Shown one piece after another: positions 12,504 to 25,356 of a DNA stretch of 64,000 nt. Source of the DNA: Octopus vulgaris. Lineage: Eukaryota. A program made the translations under genes and the position numbers. Positions within the stretch are counted from its first letter, which is position 1. Each line of letters opens with the position of its first letter. Under the pieces are notes generated by a model. It worked only from the letters and a program-made list of their open reading frames with translations. It was not told the DNA's origin and made no database searches. Where the stretch lies: positions 24,924,001-24,988,000 of the forward strand of contig OX597821.1 of assembly GCA_951406725.2 (NCBI GenBank), given 5' to 3'.

Positions 12504-12655
12504 TATGTGATGACGAATTGGCTATTATATACTTCCTGTTCTTCCCATCTATGAAAGAAATTCTACCTGGACATACTCTCAAAAAGGGCTCTAGCATGAA
12601 AATGACGTTCCAGGACAGAGATGCTGTTTGTAAAGGAATTCAGGAAATTTTCTCT
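12504..12655 (+). CDS. SYCP2: SYCP2-like exon E (VCDDELAIIYFLFFPSMKEILPGHTLKKGSSMKMTFQDRDAVCKGIQEIFS), phase 1 to 0
   Basis: poly-T-tag acceptor, TCT|gtaagt donor; frame matches ORF 12518..12703. Confidence 0.8.
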
Positions 12656-14138
12656 GTAAGTTTGTTTGTTTTATGTCTGTTTTTCCTTGCTGGCATGGAT
12701 TAGACTAAGATTTATTGAAGCATAACTTTACAGCTAGATGCCTTTACTGTTGACAGTTCTTATCTATTTTTTTTTCAAGTGAAGGATTTTTTAATACCAC
12801 TGGTCTTCACCATACTTATTGTTAACAGGGGATGCAAACATGACATCACTATTTTGATCAGGTGATGTCATGCAAGGACATGTGGAATATAAGCATTTAT
12901 GTGCGTGCGCGCACACACACACACACAGATACATATAAGCATACAGGTATCTATACACATACACACTATTAGTTTTCATAGTTTCTGTCTACCATTTTCT
13001 CTGATAAGGCATCGTTCTACCCACACCTAATAGAAGACATTTACCCTACATAACATTCAGTGGATAAGAATCCGAAACCACTTGGTTACAAAATAAACTC
13101 TCTACCATACCTCTACTTAAATATTTATTTAAACTGAACACAGAAATGTAGTCTTATAATTCAGCTTTATAAATGGGATAAAACTTCATTAGTTTTTATT
13201 ATTTTTTGTAATTAACTTGTATCTTTATTCAGTTGTGAGTTACCAAAATTGTAACAATTACTTAATTGACCTATATATATGCTCAGTATAAAAGAAACCA
13301 AATTCAGCAATAAAATATTGCTTCCTTAAAATGTCTCTACATAAATATGATATCAAATTACAGTATATCCTAGAACAGAAGGGAAATGGTGATGCTCAGT
13401 GTTGAAAACAAAATTCACTCAGTAAAGAGTTTGATACATTTCTTATCCAAACCCCAAAAAGTGAGAGTTCATGCAACTAGTTAAAGAGCTGTGTGGAAAA
13501 GAGCAATATGTAGATATATAGGTACAACACATTGAACAACCACACATAAGTTGCAGCTATAATAACAGGTTTGAAGTATTGTGAGAAGAATGGAATGGAG
13601 ATAATATAGAGTGGGAGGCAATGCAATAGTTGAGAAGTGGAACATGTATGAAAGAATATGATTCCACTGATGCACAATTAGATACATCTCAATAAACTAG
13701 TAATAACTGAGGATGAATTCCTATTTGTCCTTGTGCATCATAAGGGACAACCAAAAAAACTGGCAACAAAAAAGGCATCCAGCTATAAAACACTGCCTTG
13801 GAAAAACCATCTAACCCATGCCAGCATGAAAAACTGATGTAAAAACATCTGATGATGGTGATGATGACGACTGGGTATACATACACTGATACATATACAC
13901 GCACATGTATATTTCCTTACTATCATCGTAACATATAAACTTTACCAATGTTCAGAATTTCATATTGACCTTGTGGTATTATTGATAAAACTTTTCTGAG
14001 TACTTCTTTCTTCCACCTCCAGTAAAAAGTTGACAAGTTTTTGATTTTAAAAAAGATGCTAACAGCTAGTTTGTGTGAACTAGTAAGGACTAGGTCCAGC
14101 TCATCATTTCCTTTATCTTACTTTAATTTCATTTGCAG

Positions 14139-14249
14139 AACCCAAAGTGTTCGGTGGCACAGAAAGCAATTCCTATCAATGCTGCCTACAAGAAAGATTC
14201 ACATCAGAAAGTTAGAGTGGACAGAAGTCCTTATGAGCATGGTTTGAAT
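14139..14249 (+). CDS. SYCP2: SYCP2-like exon F (NPKCSVAQKAIPINAAYKKDSHQKVRVDRSPYEHGLN), phase 0 to 0
   Basis: atttgcag|AACCCA...TTGAAT|gtatgt; an alternative in-frame donor is possible after 14210. Confidence 0.7.
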
Positions 14250-14697
14250 GTATGTATAGCAATAATTTAATATTCATGTCTCCAGGGATGAATGCACTGT
14301 GTTATGTTGTAAAATAGTTTAATGTATTTCTTATGGTTTCCATCTAAGTTTCTAGTTCATCATGATCATAGAATGTGTAATTTAGGTAGCATACAAACGT
14401 TGCAGATATATAACCATGTGCTTTAGTTGAAAAATCCGGAATGGGAGTAGAAACCATTGGCAGTAGTTCACTGAAGACTAGTCTCTGTGATATGGTTGTT
14501 TGATTTGCAAAGAATCATGGCCAAATCTCACTCAGATCACACCCAAACAGCTTTAAAAATGCAAAGTACAGATTAGATAATAAGATCTACAGAAAGATTG
14601 GTTGGTCATGGCTGGAACATTTTCAATCATAGGTCTGCTCAAACCAGTTGCTAATTTTTAAAAATTTTATTTTATTTTATATATGTCTGAATTTTAG

Positions 14698-14959
14698 GAG
14701 TCTTTTAATTCTTCAACAACGAAGACCATGAGGAAATGCTCTGTTCCAAGTGAAATCATGACAACTCCATTAATGATAAAAGTACAAATACCAGAAACTC
14801 CGAAAGAGAAACCAGCTAAAGATATCAAGAACATTCCTAAAAGAAATGCAGTTAATGTGTCTGAAGTGTCCCAATCATCCAGGAATACTGATAGAAGGAG
14901 AACAAGCTCACCAAAGATAAAGAACAAATATGAAATAGTTTCTGAAAGAAATAATCAAG
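14698..14959 (+). CDS. SYCP2: SYCP2-like exon G (ESFNSSTTKTMRKCSVPSEIMTTP...ERNNQ), phase 0 to 1
   Basis: attttag|GAGTCT...AATCAAG|gtaaat; frame of ORF 14728..14988. Confidence 0.8.
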
Positions 14960-16438
14960 GTAAATTATTTATTTGTATTTCAGATTAAATAAATAAACAC
15001 ATGAGAGAAACAACTGTATTGAACACTACAACTGTAAGAAAAACTGGGTATTTTACAACAACTGATTTATTATATCCTTCCTTTCTCCCTTCTACTTCTC
15101 CAAAATATCTGATGCCAACCCTCCTGTTTGATAAACTAAAGGGGTATATTAACAGGCAATAATTTTTTTCTTTTTTAGATCTATTTGAAAGGACATTTTG
15201 ATACCATTTCAATGCTTATTATCATCATATTGTAGTTATAGTTTTTCATAAAATATACAGGTTTTCAATAACCTTTGAAAATAATCAAGAATTTAGAATA
15301 GATTAATTTGTTTTTAGTAAAATAATTAACTTTTTCAGTATTACTGTGGTATGTATAACATAACTTTAAAAAAAAAGGTTCTTACGTACATGTCTGACGA
15401 ATGGTTTTAATTTAAATATGAACATATTAAAACAGATTGTTTGGTATCAAAGAACCAGGCAGTTTGTTAACATAGGTTTTACAATGTTAATATGGTTCAG
15501 GTGGATCTATAATACATCTTTTCTAATACACTCTCTCAGTGTCATCTCTTTATTGCAAATAAGTTATATTTAAAATCTGTTCTAACTTCTATTCATATCT
15601 TTCAAAGCCTATCTCTACAGACACTTCTTCCAATTCAAACTCATAGTGGTTTTCACCTAGCGTGTCAATCCTAATGAAATATTCTTTTGAATACACAATA
15701 TTGAGTCACACATCCTTTGTAATGTATTTCAGTGTAACGAGAGATGTCACATAGGGTTATAGAGTTTTTCTCAGTGAATAAGGAGTATTTATGGTGATAT
15801 CAACCAAAGAGAGACTACACATTGACTTTTTCAGCTTTGAGTCATTAACTGCCATCATGTCTAATTGTCAAATATATTTTAATAAATATTATTTGAGTTT
15901 GTTTGACATTGACTTCTGCCAACATCCTCCTCCATTACTAAAACTTTCTTTTGATCAAGAATAAAGGAATTGTGTGTGTGTCACACACACACACACACAC
16001 ACATGCACCAACACATAACAATCTAACTGGTTATAAAACAGTTCAAAGTGTAAATATATCATTTTGATTGTGTATGTACAGAGCTAAAAAAACTTCTGTT
16101 CTAAGAAACATTTTTATAGCTAACTATTTCAGAATTTTCTTAATGTAGTGCCATGTATGTTAGTTCATTATATTTCAAGAAATTAGAGTTCTAGACTGAA
16201 TAGCAAACAGTATTTAAATTTGTTATTCCTCTCTCTCTCTCTCGAAGTTCACATAATATCAGTAATATATTGGGGTTAATTCAGCTCCATAATCACTCCT
16301 TTAAAAAAAATCTGTTGCTTTGTATTATTATAAGAGATCATTATATATCAAGCAGAGTGGTTTTCAAATTGTGTCGCATTCAAGAATTTGTAATTTATGT
16401 GGAAATATTTTGTCAAACTAATTTTCCATTATTTACAG

Positions 16439-17020
16439 AACTGAAGGAAAAAGATAAAAAAATAACTGCTGCCATGCCAAGCAAGAGTTCTGCTTTAAAT
16501 AGTCCTAAAACAGATCTGACCAATACTAAAAGTGGACAGAGATCATCTGCTAAAAAGCCAGCTCTAAATCAACCATTGAGAACATGTGAAAAAGTTTCAT
16601 CTAGAAGATCCACTAGGCTTATCGTTAAAGGCCAGGATCTTCCTTCACCACAAAAAAAAGCTACTCCTCCAAAATCTCCAAGAAAGCTTCGTTCAAGAAC
16701 TAGAGATAACAACATGACAATGAGCCCAGAGTCCAGTTCAGATTTTGTTACAGATTCAACTGGAAAAGTTGCTGGAAGAGAAAATAAGAACATGCTTAAA
16801 AACACATCATCTTTAAAAACAAATGAAAGATCGTCTAGAATAAAACAAAATGTCAGGTCAACTCCTGTTTTAGATATTTCAAATAATTCCTGCAAGAAAA
16901 AAGAACAAGCTAAAAAGATTCCTGACACAAGAGATAACTCTGCTTTGACATCAAGGGAAAATACAAAAACCAACCTTGACCAGTCTCACTTTCCAGTATC
17001 TCAGTGTGGAGACAGCAAAT
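16439..17020 (+). CDS. SYCP2: SYCP2-like exon H (LKEKDKK...CGDSK), basic S/T-rich, phase 1 to 1
   Basis: atttacag|AACTG...AGCAAAT|gtaagc; within 265-aa ORF 16270..17067. Confidence 0.85.
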
Positions 17021-17164
17021 GTAAGCTTACCATAACAAATATTTTTTTTTCCATCTTGTATTGCTAATGATTGTAAATTAAATTTGAAATATATTAAAAT
17101 TTTTATATTTAACTAGTTATTTGTTGTTGCATTCATTATATCCTCATTGATTTTACATCTCTAG

Positions 17165-17269
17165 CCCAAACAACTACAGTTAAAAACACATCTAATAAGA
17201 CAAGATTGAGATCATTTGACAAACTAAACCTGCTGCCAGAAAAGTATCCACTTCGCAAAGACAACCGTA
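17165..17269 (+). CDS. SYCP2: SYCP2-like exon I (QTTTVKNTSNKTRLRSFDKLNLLPEKYPLRKDNR), phase 1 to 1
   Basis: tctctag|CCCAAA...CGTA|gtaaga; open in the required frame. Confidence 0.7.
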
Positions 17270-17622
17270 GTAAGATATACACAAGATTTCCAATATAACC
17301 TCCACTTCATGTGCTTTCCTTTTGTTTGTGCGCATAAATGTGTGTGAACATAATCATGTGATTTAAATAAATATAGTTACCTGTTGATACTGATTACAGT
17401 TGTGTGTGTCATTTCACTTTTTCTTTATTTCACACTCGAGCTTTGCTCAAGGGAAACTACTCAGTAATTGTTTCTCCAGTTATCTTAGCTGATAATGTAT
17501 TGATTAGGTCTTCTCTTTTATTTGTTCTCTCTGATCTCTTTACGTGCTTTAATTTTCTCAAGCTGACACAGATGACACATTTAACTCTTAATTTTGATTT
17601 GTTTCTCATTTTTTTTTTTTAG

Positions 17623-17739
17623 ATAAAAAGAAACCTGAAAACAAAACCACAAGCAGTTCAACTGCAACAGAATCGAAGGAATCAAATAGATCAATATTGA
17701 ACAATCCATCCATCTCTACTATCCAGGAAACTCAAGAAA
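17623..17739 (+). CDS. SYCP2: SYCP2-like exon J (KKKPENKTTSSST...ISTIQETQE), phase 1 to 1
   Basis: poly-T-ag acceptor; GAAA|gtgtgt donor (weaker). Confidence 0.7.
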
Positions 17740-20308
17740 GTGTGTTTTTCATTATCTAACTTGATTATCTCTTTATAACTAATTACACTCAGTTGTTATT
17801 ACAATCATTGATTTTTCAAGAATTGATAGTATAGTTCAGTGTAAGCTGTAAAGAGTATTGTCTTAATTTCTGAGTATTTCTGGTACCCTGTCGATTAATA
17901 TTCTTTTCACAATTTAACATTTTTTTTTCTGTACCAGAATAGGGTAAATGTTTCGTTTCCATTTTTCACTTTTGCTTCATTTTCACTGGAGTAATTCTAT
18001 TTCCTACTGGATACCCTTTCTACTTTTAACCACACAAATATGAAATAGGGGTGGAATATGTTTTTGCTAGTCAAGCAATTCCATTTAGCGTAACCAGAGG
18101 TACCACTACACTACTTACGTCAGCAATTTGTACCAATGAAAACGTTATAAACTTGATTTACTCAATGTTGTGCCCTTAATATGATATCTTTTCATTGGTA
18201 ATTAAATACTAGTATGATTTTACACTTTTGTCACATCAGCATCACTGACCATCTGAAAGAATATATCTTTTATTTAAGCTTTATACTGATACACAATAAT
18301 ATCCTGATACTTATACCATTTTGTGTGGGTGTCATCAGAGAGATACTGAATGATAAAGTGATAGAAAGGATACATATCAGGTTTACTGATATAACAGCTA
18401 GGTCAGTCAGTACATCAGTCTAGAGTTTGGAGAACTAACATTAATTTATTGTGTGTCTATCTCTTGAAAAAGAGAAAAAATATCACAGACACTTTGTGAT
18501 TTTGAGAACTTATCATCACCAGTGCCTGAAAGCAGTCCTGTTTCACCTGGAAAAATTTCCCTAAGAGACCCTGCTATACGCTTGTGATTTATCAACCAAT
18601 ATTTTGGTGCTATTTCTAGTTGATCAAGGAACCACATAAAGCCTCCGTATTGTCCAATATATCTTGTGCCTTACATTATGTGTGTGTAACATAGTCACAA
18701 TAAAGTGATTCACTGGTTGTTTTCTATAGAGTTCGGCTGTAAACGTAGTTGTTCTAACAAAAAGTATCTCACTTGGGGAAGAATTAAGATACGCCGTTTT
18801 TATTGTTTGTTTATTTACCTTTTTTTACTCTGCAATATCGCTTGCATGTGATCATATGCAGTAGTATAAGGGAGATAATATGAGACCAGTCTAAGGGAGG
18901 TAAATTGTCAATTTCAGTTTTAGTTTCCCTAGAAAGAAATTTTTTAAATAGTTATTTCCAAGAAAATATAAATTTTTTTAAAATTCTTTTCTCAAAGGAC
19001 AATGTTAAAAATTAGAACACAAGCATGATTGGATCGCTGATTTTGTTCTTTCAGGCTTTTTCTTTATAAATATCTTTAAAAACGTGATACTACTAGAAAA
19101 TATACAATATGGAGCAGCTATAACTGTCTACTTAATCGGTCTTTTTTAGCCTTTCTTATAACAATTTGTAGATATACACATGAGTACAGAAAGTCAACAA
19201 ATCATTGATATCAAGGACAAGTATTCTCTGATAGAATTTGATTCCTATCCTATTTTCTTTGTATTTACATTTTTACATAGTAGCTATCAAGATAGTTTCT
19301 ATGTCTGTGGCCAAATAGTTCAACATAGCAACTAAATCTTTGTCAATAATACCTATATTATCTTTAAAATGAGATTCACATATATTGTTTTCTTTCGTTT
19401 TACACAAGTTACTTGGTTTTTATTGGAGCAAATGTTTTTTACAGCTGGTTACTTTTCCTACCACTAATTACTCAAATATGCACCTGTAAGTCAAACTAAC
19501 AAGTAGAGTTAAGGAACTTGTTCAGGAATACAATGACAGCTTTAAATTTGATGTGAGTGTACTTAATATTAACATAGTTAATGCATGAAGGAATTAAAAA
19601 GCAAATTATAAATAATCATATAGTGAGGACAAAAATGAGACTAACTAATGTGATTTTAATTTATTAGATGTGGCAGATAACTCTAAATAAGTTTCCCTGT
19701 TATTATGACTTCATCAGCAAAGCGTAAACTTTACTGCACTTTCCAGAATAGTGGTGGAGAAATCACTAAGTAAATGTATAAGAATTGTACTCTGATTAGT
19801 GTATAAACCTAGACTTGTTTAGAGAATAAATAAATCAGAGATTATCAGTTACATTGAAGAAAATAAAGTTAGTTTTAGCATATTTAATGAGGAATGCAGT
19901 CGCCCAGCATCTTAACTTAACACCCATTAAGCTGCTATTGTATATAATCTTGCATTTTAGAGCATCGTAATTCACAATAAAACTGGAAAAATATCTAGAA
20001 TACACATTAACTTAGGATGTTTGCCTGTACTTGAGATATAAGACTACTTTAAATTTTATGCATAAGAGACAGTATATCTTTATTTATATATCTAAGATAC
20101 AGTTTTGTTGATTTGTTGTAATCCTTTAACTGGATACTTGTTTACTCTTATAAAATTGACTAAACAAGTGAATTAATTAAAATGAATATCTGCAAAAGAC
20201 AGTTTTATACTCTTGTTCACTAAAATATACTTCCTAAATGTTAAGTTCTCATTATAAATATCTCAGATTTTTCAGCTCTTCAGCACTACAAAAATGTTCA
20301 TTTTCCAG

Positions 20309-20405
20309 GTTGTGCTTATCAAGAGAATTCTATAATCATCCCAGAATCTGTGCCACTGAAACAGCAACTTCTCATTTCTAGAAAACTGACTGACTCCAAT
20401 ACTAA
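20309..20405 (+). CDS. SYCP2: SYCP2-like exon K (CAYQENSIIIPESVPLKQQLLISRKLTDSNT), phase 1 to 2
   Basis: ttttccag|GTTGT...ACTAA|gtaagt; in-frame upstream acceptors also possible. Confidence 0.65.
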
Positions 20406-21098
20406 GTAAGTTGAAGCTCATATTCTACAGAAAGTAAATCTCTTCTAAGGTACAAGAACTGGGAAAAAGGGATAAATTCTAAACAAGATAAATCTGCAAT
20501 ACAAATTCAATCCATTTACCTTAATTCACATATCTACAATTTCCAACCAGAATCGCTAACTTGGAGAAGGTAAACAACTTCATAATCACTTTATCTGCTA
20601 GAAATAGCTACTAAAACATACTTTAAATAATAGTCAACTCTTTCAAAAGGAAAGAATATGTTGTACAGTGTATTCCTAGATACACTGCATCTGAACATAA
20701 GACTGAATGGTCAACTTGGGAATGTCTCTGATTTCTAGATCAGCATTGACTTGAGGTTAACAATAATCTAGAGATTTGTGTTCCGCCAGTTTAACTTAAC
20801 TCTAGGTAAAATCTTTAATGGTAAGCCAAGGTACCATACAAGAAATTTTCATATTCCTTCAAAGAAATCAGTTGAATCTTTCTCTATATTTTCATCTTTT
20901 GTAAATAAACATTGTTCATTTTTCTTTTTAGGATTTAACATAAAATTTCTTAAAATTTTTGTGAAATTTGTATAAACTGATTATGTTGATCAAAATAAAA
21001 TTAACATTATAAACATATATCTCAATGGTGCAGACACAGCCATATTGTTCTAGATTTATTTCCACAGGTAGTTTAGGCCATTGCTTACATCACCACTC

Positions 21099-21444
21099 CG
21101 GAGGCGCGATGGCCCAGTGGTTTCGATTCCCAGACTGGGCATTGTGAGTGTTTATTGAGCGAAAACACCTAAAGCTCCACGAGGCTCTGGCAGGGGATGG
21201 TGGTGATCCCTGCTGTACTCTTTCACCACAACTTTCTCTCGCTCTTACTTCCTGTTTCTGTTGTACCTGTATTTCAAAGGGCCGGCCTTGTCACTCTCTG
21301 TGTCACGCTGAATATCCGAGAACTACGTTAAGGGTACACGTGTCTGTGGAGTGCTCAGCTACTTACACGTTAATTTCACGAGCAGGCTGTTCTGTTGATC
21401 GGATCAACCAGAACCCTCGTCGTCGTAACCGACGGAGTGCTTCC
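21099..21444 (+). mobile_element. tRNA-derived SINE with 12-bp TSD
   Basis: tggcccagtgg A-box, ttcgattccc B-box-like with deletion between; TSD acatcaccactc at 21087-21098 and 21445-21456. Confidence 0.75.
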
Positions 21445-21989
21445 ACATCACCACTCTATGAACAGAATTTGGTAAAAAGAAATTGTACCAAAGCCCAGTC
21501 ATGACTGACTGGTTAAAAGCTTCACTTCATAACCAACACATTCCAAGTTTGATTGTACTGTGTGACATCTTAGGCAACTTCCTTTATCACAGCTTAGCAT
21601 CAACTCAAGCCTTGTGATTGAGGATTGTAACTGCAGAAGCCTGTCAGATGAACTGTACCTGTAATAGCTTTTCTCAATCTGATAGGTTTGCTCTACAGGT
21701 ATACCTTGGATGACGTATTTCCTCAAACGGCTCTTGAAGTCCTCCTGTACCAGGAAAATTGGTTCCATCATCTCTTCTTTTTTTTACCATGCATGCTTCT
21801 AGTTCATTTCCTTTTGTTAATATTGTATATCGTGTATATTTACATTACGAAAAATTTTTTTAGTCATGCAATGTAAAGCCCCAAATTTTATGTATGTCTT
21901 TGCATAGTCTCTCTTCATCTATCACACTGGTAGCAAATATAAGAAATTGTTATTATATTTCTCAGAACTCTTGGTCTTAATTATTCTGG

Positions 21990-23050
21990 TTGATTCTGTG
22001 AGAGCATACAGCAACCTGTTGTCAGAGGTCTTACAGAGTCTCCTTCCATGAATTATAAGCTTTGGTACCCGGATGTTAGCTTATTGTGGAAGACACTCAA
22101 CACCCAAACACCAATCTCAGAATCCTAGCTGTCTTCAATAGAACAGTTTATCAGGCCTGTTCTGCCCTCATGTTAATTCCTGAACTTGGTTGTTAGTGCT
22201 CTGAGTGCCCCTACAACTACTGGGATGATTGTTACTCTCCTCATTGCCTACATTCTTGCAATTTTGTCATTTAGTAGTCCATATTCCGCCATCTTTTCTA
22301 GCTCTTTGTCATCTACATGTGCATCCCCAGGTATGGCAATATCTATGATCTTGGTTTCTTTTTTCTTTTATGCACCACAGCAATGTCTGGTCTCCAAGCA
22401 CCAATTAGGGAGTCACATTGGATTGTAAAATCCTACAGGTTCTTATATTCATTGTTCTCACTGACACCCTCTGGTTCATGTTTGTACCATTTCTGTGTTG
22501 TGCCTAGACTGCACTTTTCACACAGTCTTCTGTGAATAAACTTAGCTATGTTATCATGCCTTCTTTTGTAGGGTTTTTGGGCCAACTTCTCATTCACAAT
22601 ATGTGAGATTGTTTAGTTTTCACTACTACACATCATACAAAGGTGTGATTGACAGTTCTTATTAATTTGGAATTTGGTATAATTAGTTCTCAGGGCTTGT
22701 TCCTGGGTACTGCATATCAGTGCCTCAATGCATCCTTTCAGATCACTTTTTCTTGGCCATCTTCAGTTATTGGTTTTGTCTTTCTTTTTGATTTCTCTGA
22801 GGTATTGCCCGTGTATTGTTTTCATTTTCCAATTTTTTATTCTTTGTTCTTCATCTTGTTTCTTAAATGTTTTTGGGTGCGTCACATTTTCAGTAGGTAT
22901 CGTTTTATTATTTCTAGCAGCAGCAAGCAAAGATTCATTCAGCTGTTTCATGTACCATCCAAGACTGTTCTTGCTGGCAACACAGATGTTGCATCCTATA
23001 AGGCTTCTTCCTTCTTTATTCCTAGGCACATAGTCTATCAATACCGCTCA
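21990..23050 (-). mobile_element. Degraded R4/Dong-type non-LTR retrotransposon, C-terminal restriction-like endonuclease region
   Basis: Minus-strand peptides KTIHGQYL, RRHDNIAKFIH, KWYKHEPEGV, RPDIAVV..IIDIAIPGD..EK, IPVVVGAL with stops; next to a (TTA)n tract. Confidence 0.75.
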
Positions 23051-23071
23051 TTATTATTATTATTTATTTAG

Positions 23072-23350
23072 AAAGGCGGCAAGCTGGCAGAATCATTAAC
23101 ACACTGGGAAAAATGCTTAGCATTTCATGTGTTATTATGTTCTGAGTTCAAATTCTGCCGAGATCAACTTCTCCTTTCATCCTTTCGGACGGCACAGGCA
23201 TTGCTGTGTGGTAAGAAGGTTGACTTTGTCCTTCATCCTTTTGGGGTCAATAAGTTAAGTACCAATGAAACACTGGGATCAATGTAATCAACTAGTCCCC
23301 TCCCCACAAATTTCAGACCTTGTGCCATGGTAGAAAGGATTATTATTATT
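23072..23350 (+). mobile_element. Degenerate Nin-core SINE(s) with (TTA)n tail
   Basis: ggcggcaagctggcagaatc..gagttcaaattctgccgag..tttcatcctttcgg; similar copies near 12290-12440, 24800-25220, 29915-30110, 35585-35760, 47915-48150. Confidence 0.7.
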
Positions 23351-23501
23351 ATTCAGTGGCCATATTTTTATCACATGCTTTCACTACACTACCAAGCACA
23401 GCTCTGTGTGCCTTGGGTATGTGCTTATTTTCACTGTATTAAAAATACTTTACGTAGGATGTGTGTGGTGCATAGTAGTGCTATTTTCTGTGTGTTATAT
23501 A

Positions 23502-24773
23502 TTGGGTAATACTATAAATAATAGTTTTTTTAATTGCTTGAACTAAAAGTCGGAGGGAGATTGGATAAACCAATTGCATCAACTTGCTATAAAAGCAGGT
23601 GGTAATTTTACCTTGTCCTTATTCTTAGTGTAAGTTTTGGAATGCAGTTCAATTTTAACAGTTATTTTTTCAAAGCTATAATAGAAATGGCAAAGGAGCA
23701 TATTCAGCATATTTTGCTTTATGAGTTCAATAAAGGCAACAATGCAATGGAAAGTGCAAGAAATATAGTTGCAGTATATGGAGATTGGACATTAAGCGTA
23801 AGCTAGTGTCAACAGTGGTTCCAGAAATTCCGAGCCGGAAACTACAGCCTAGAAGACAAGCTGCATCCTGGAAGATCTGTAGAGCTTAACGAGGATGTCT
23901 AGTGAACCCTGGTGGAACAAAATCTCATCATAACTGTTGAGGAACTAGCAGAGAAACTTGGATTTGGTCATTCAATCATTCATCAATACCTGCATGCCAT
24001 CAGAAAAGTCAGGAAATTGGGTCAATGGATTTCCCACAAACTTTCCAAGTCTAATCACATGCAGAAAGTGAATGTGTGCTCTACTTTGCTGTCACGTCTC
24101 ACAAATGAACCTTTTTTGGACTGAATAGTGACTGGTGATGAGAAATGGCTTCTCTATAAAAATGTCAAGCACCTAAGACAGTAGGTTGGTAAACGAGAAA
24201 CACCAGCACCCCCCAGGCTAAAGAAGGTCTTTACCCATGTAAGGTGTTGTTTTCTGTTTGGTGGGATATGAAAGGTTTAGTCCACTTTGAACTTTTAAAC
24301 CCAAACCAAATGATAAGAAAGGAGATCTACTGCAAGCAACTTGAGCAGCTTAAGTCAGCACTAGGAGGAAAATGACCATCTTTGGTTTCAAGACAAAAAG
24401 TATTCTTCCATCAGGATAATGTTTGGCCACATACAGTGAGGGTGACATTCCAAAGGCTGGAGCAGTTTGAATAGGAAACAATGCCTCACCCACCATATTT
24501 GCCATCTGATTATCATTTATTCTGCAGTCTTCAAAATCATTTGGATGGCAAAAATATGAATTCTGTAGTCGAGGTCAGAACAGTACTGGTTGAGTATTTT
24601 TTTATTACAGACAAGTGAATTTTGGAAGTGGGGCCTTGCAAGTCTACCAGATAGATGGGAAAGTATTGCAGAAAATGAAGGAGAGTATATTTTAGATTAA
24701 AAAAGAACTTTGTCTTAATTTCTAAAAATGAAAGAAGTATAAAAGAAACCACATTATTTATGGGATGACCCAA
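23502..24773 (+). mobile_element. Full-length defective mariner (DD34D) transposon
   Basis: TA-flanked TIRs ttggg..ataaataat / attatttat..gacccaa; transposase from ATG 23687 with WISHKLS (WVPHEL-like), IVTGDEKW, HQDN and PSDYHLF motifs and multiple stops. Confidence 0.9.
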
Positions 24774-25208
24774 TACATTAAAAAAAATATAGTTATTATT
24801 ATAAAGCTGAATTGTTAGTACACCAGACAAAATGCTTAGCAGTAGTTCATCTGTCTTCACATTCTGTGCTCAAATTCCACCAGGGTTAACTTTGCCTTTC
24901 ATCCTTTCAGGGTCAGTAAAATAACTACCAGCTGATCTCTGGAGTTGATGTAATCAAATTCCTCCTTTCCCCAAAATTTTAAGCCTTCTACCTATAGTAG
25001 AAAGGATTACCATTATTATTATTATTATGACAAAAGCAGTAAGCTGGCAGAATCATTTGCATGCTAGACAAACTACTGAGTAGCTTTACATTTTGAGTTC
25101 AAATGCTGCCAAAATTAACTTTGCCTTTCCTCCTTTTGGATACTGGGGTCACTGTAATCGACTAGTCCCCTCCCCACAAATTTCAGGCCTTGTGCCTATA
25201 GTACAAAG

Positions 25209-25296
25209 GATTATTATTAATTATTATTATCATTATTATTATTCAGTTCTATATTTAAGAGATTATTATTATTATTATTATTATTATTATCATTTT

Positions 25297-25329
<33 letters not shown>

Positions 25330-25348
25330 CACTACTACTATTATTATT
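25209..25348. repeat. Compound trinucleotide microsatellite (TTA)n/(CTA)n/(CCA)n directly upstream of exon L
   Basis: Seen directly. Confidence 0.9.
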
Positions 25349-25356
25349 TTCTCCAG

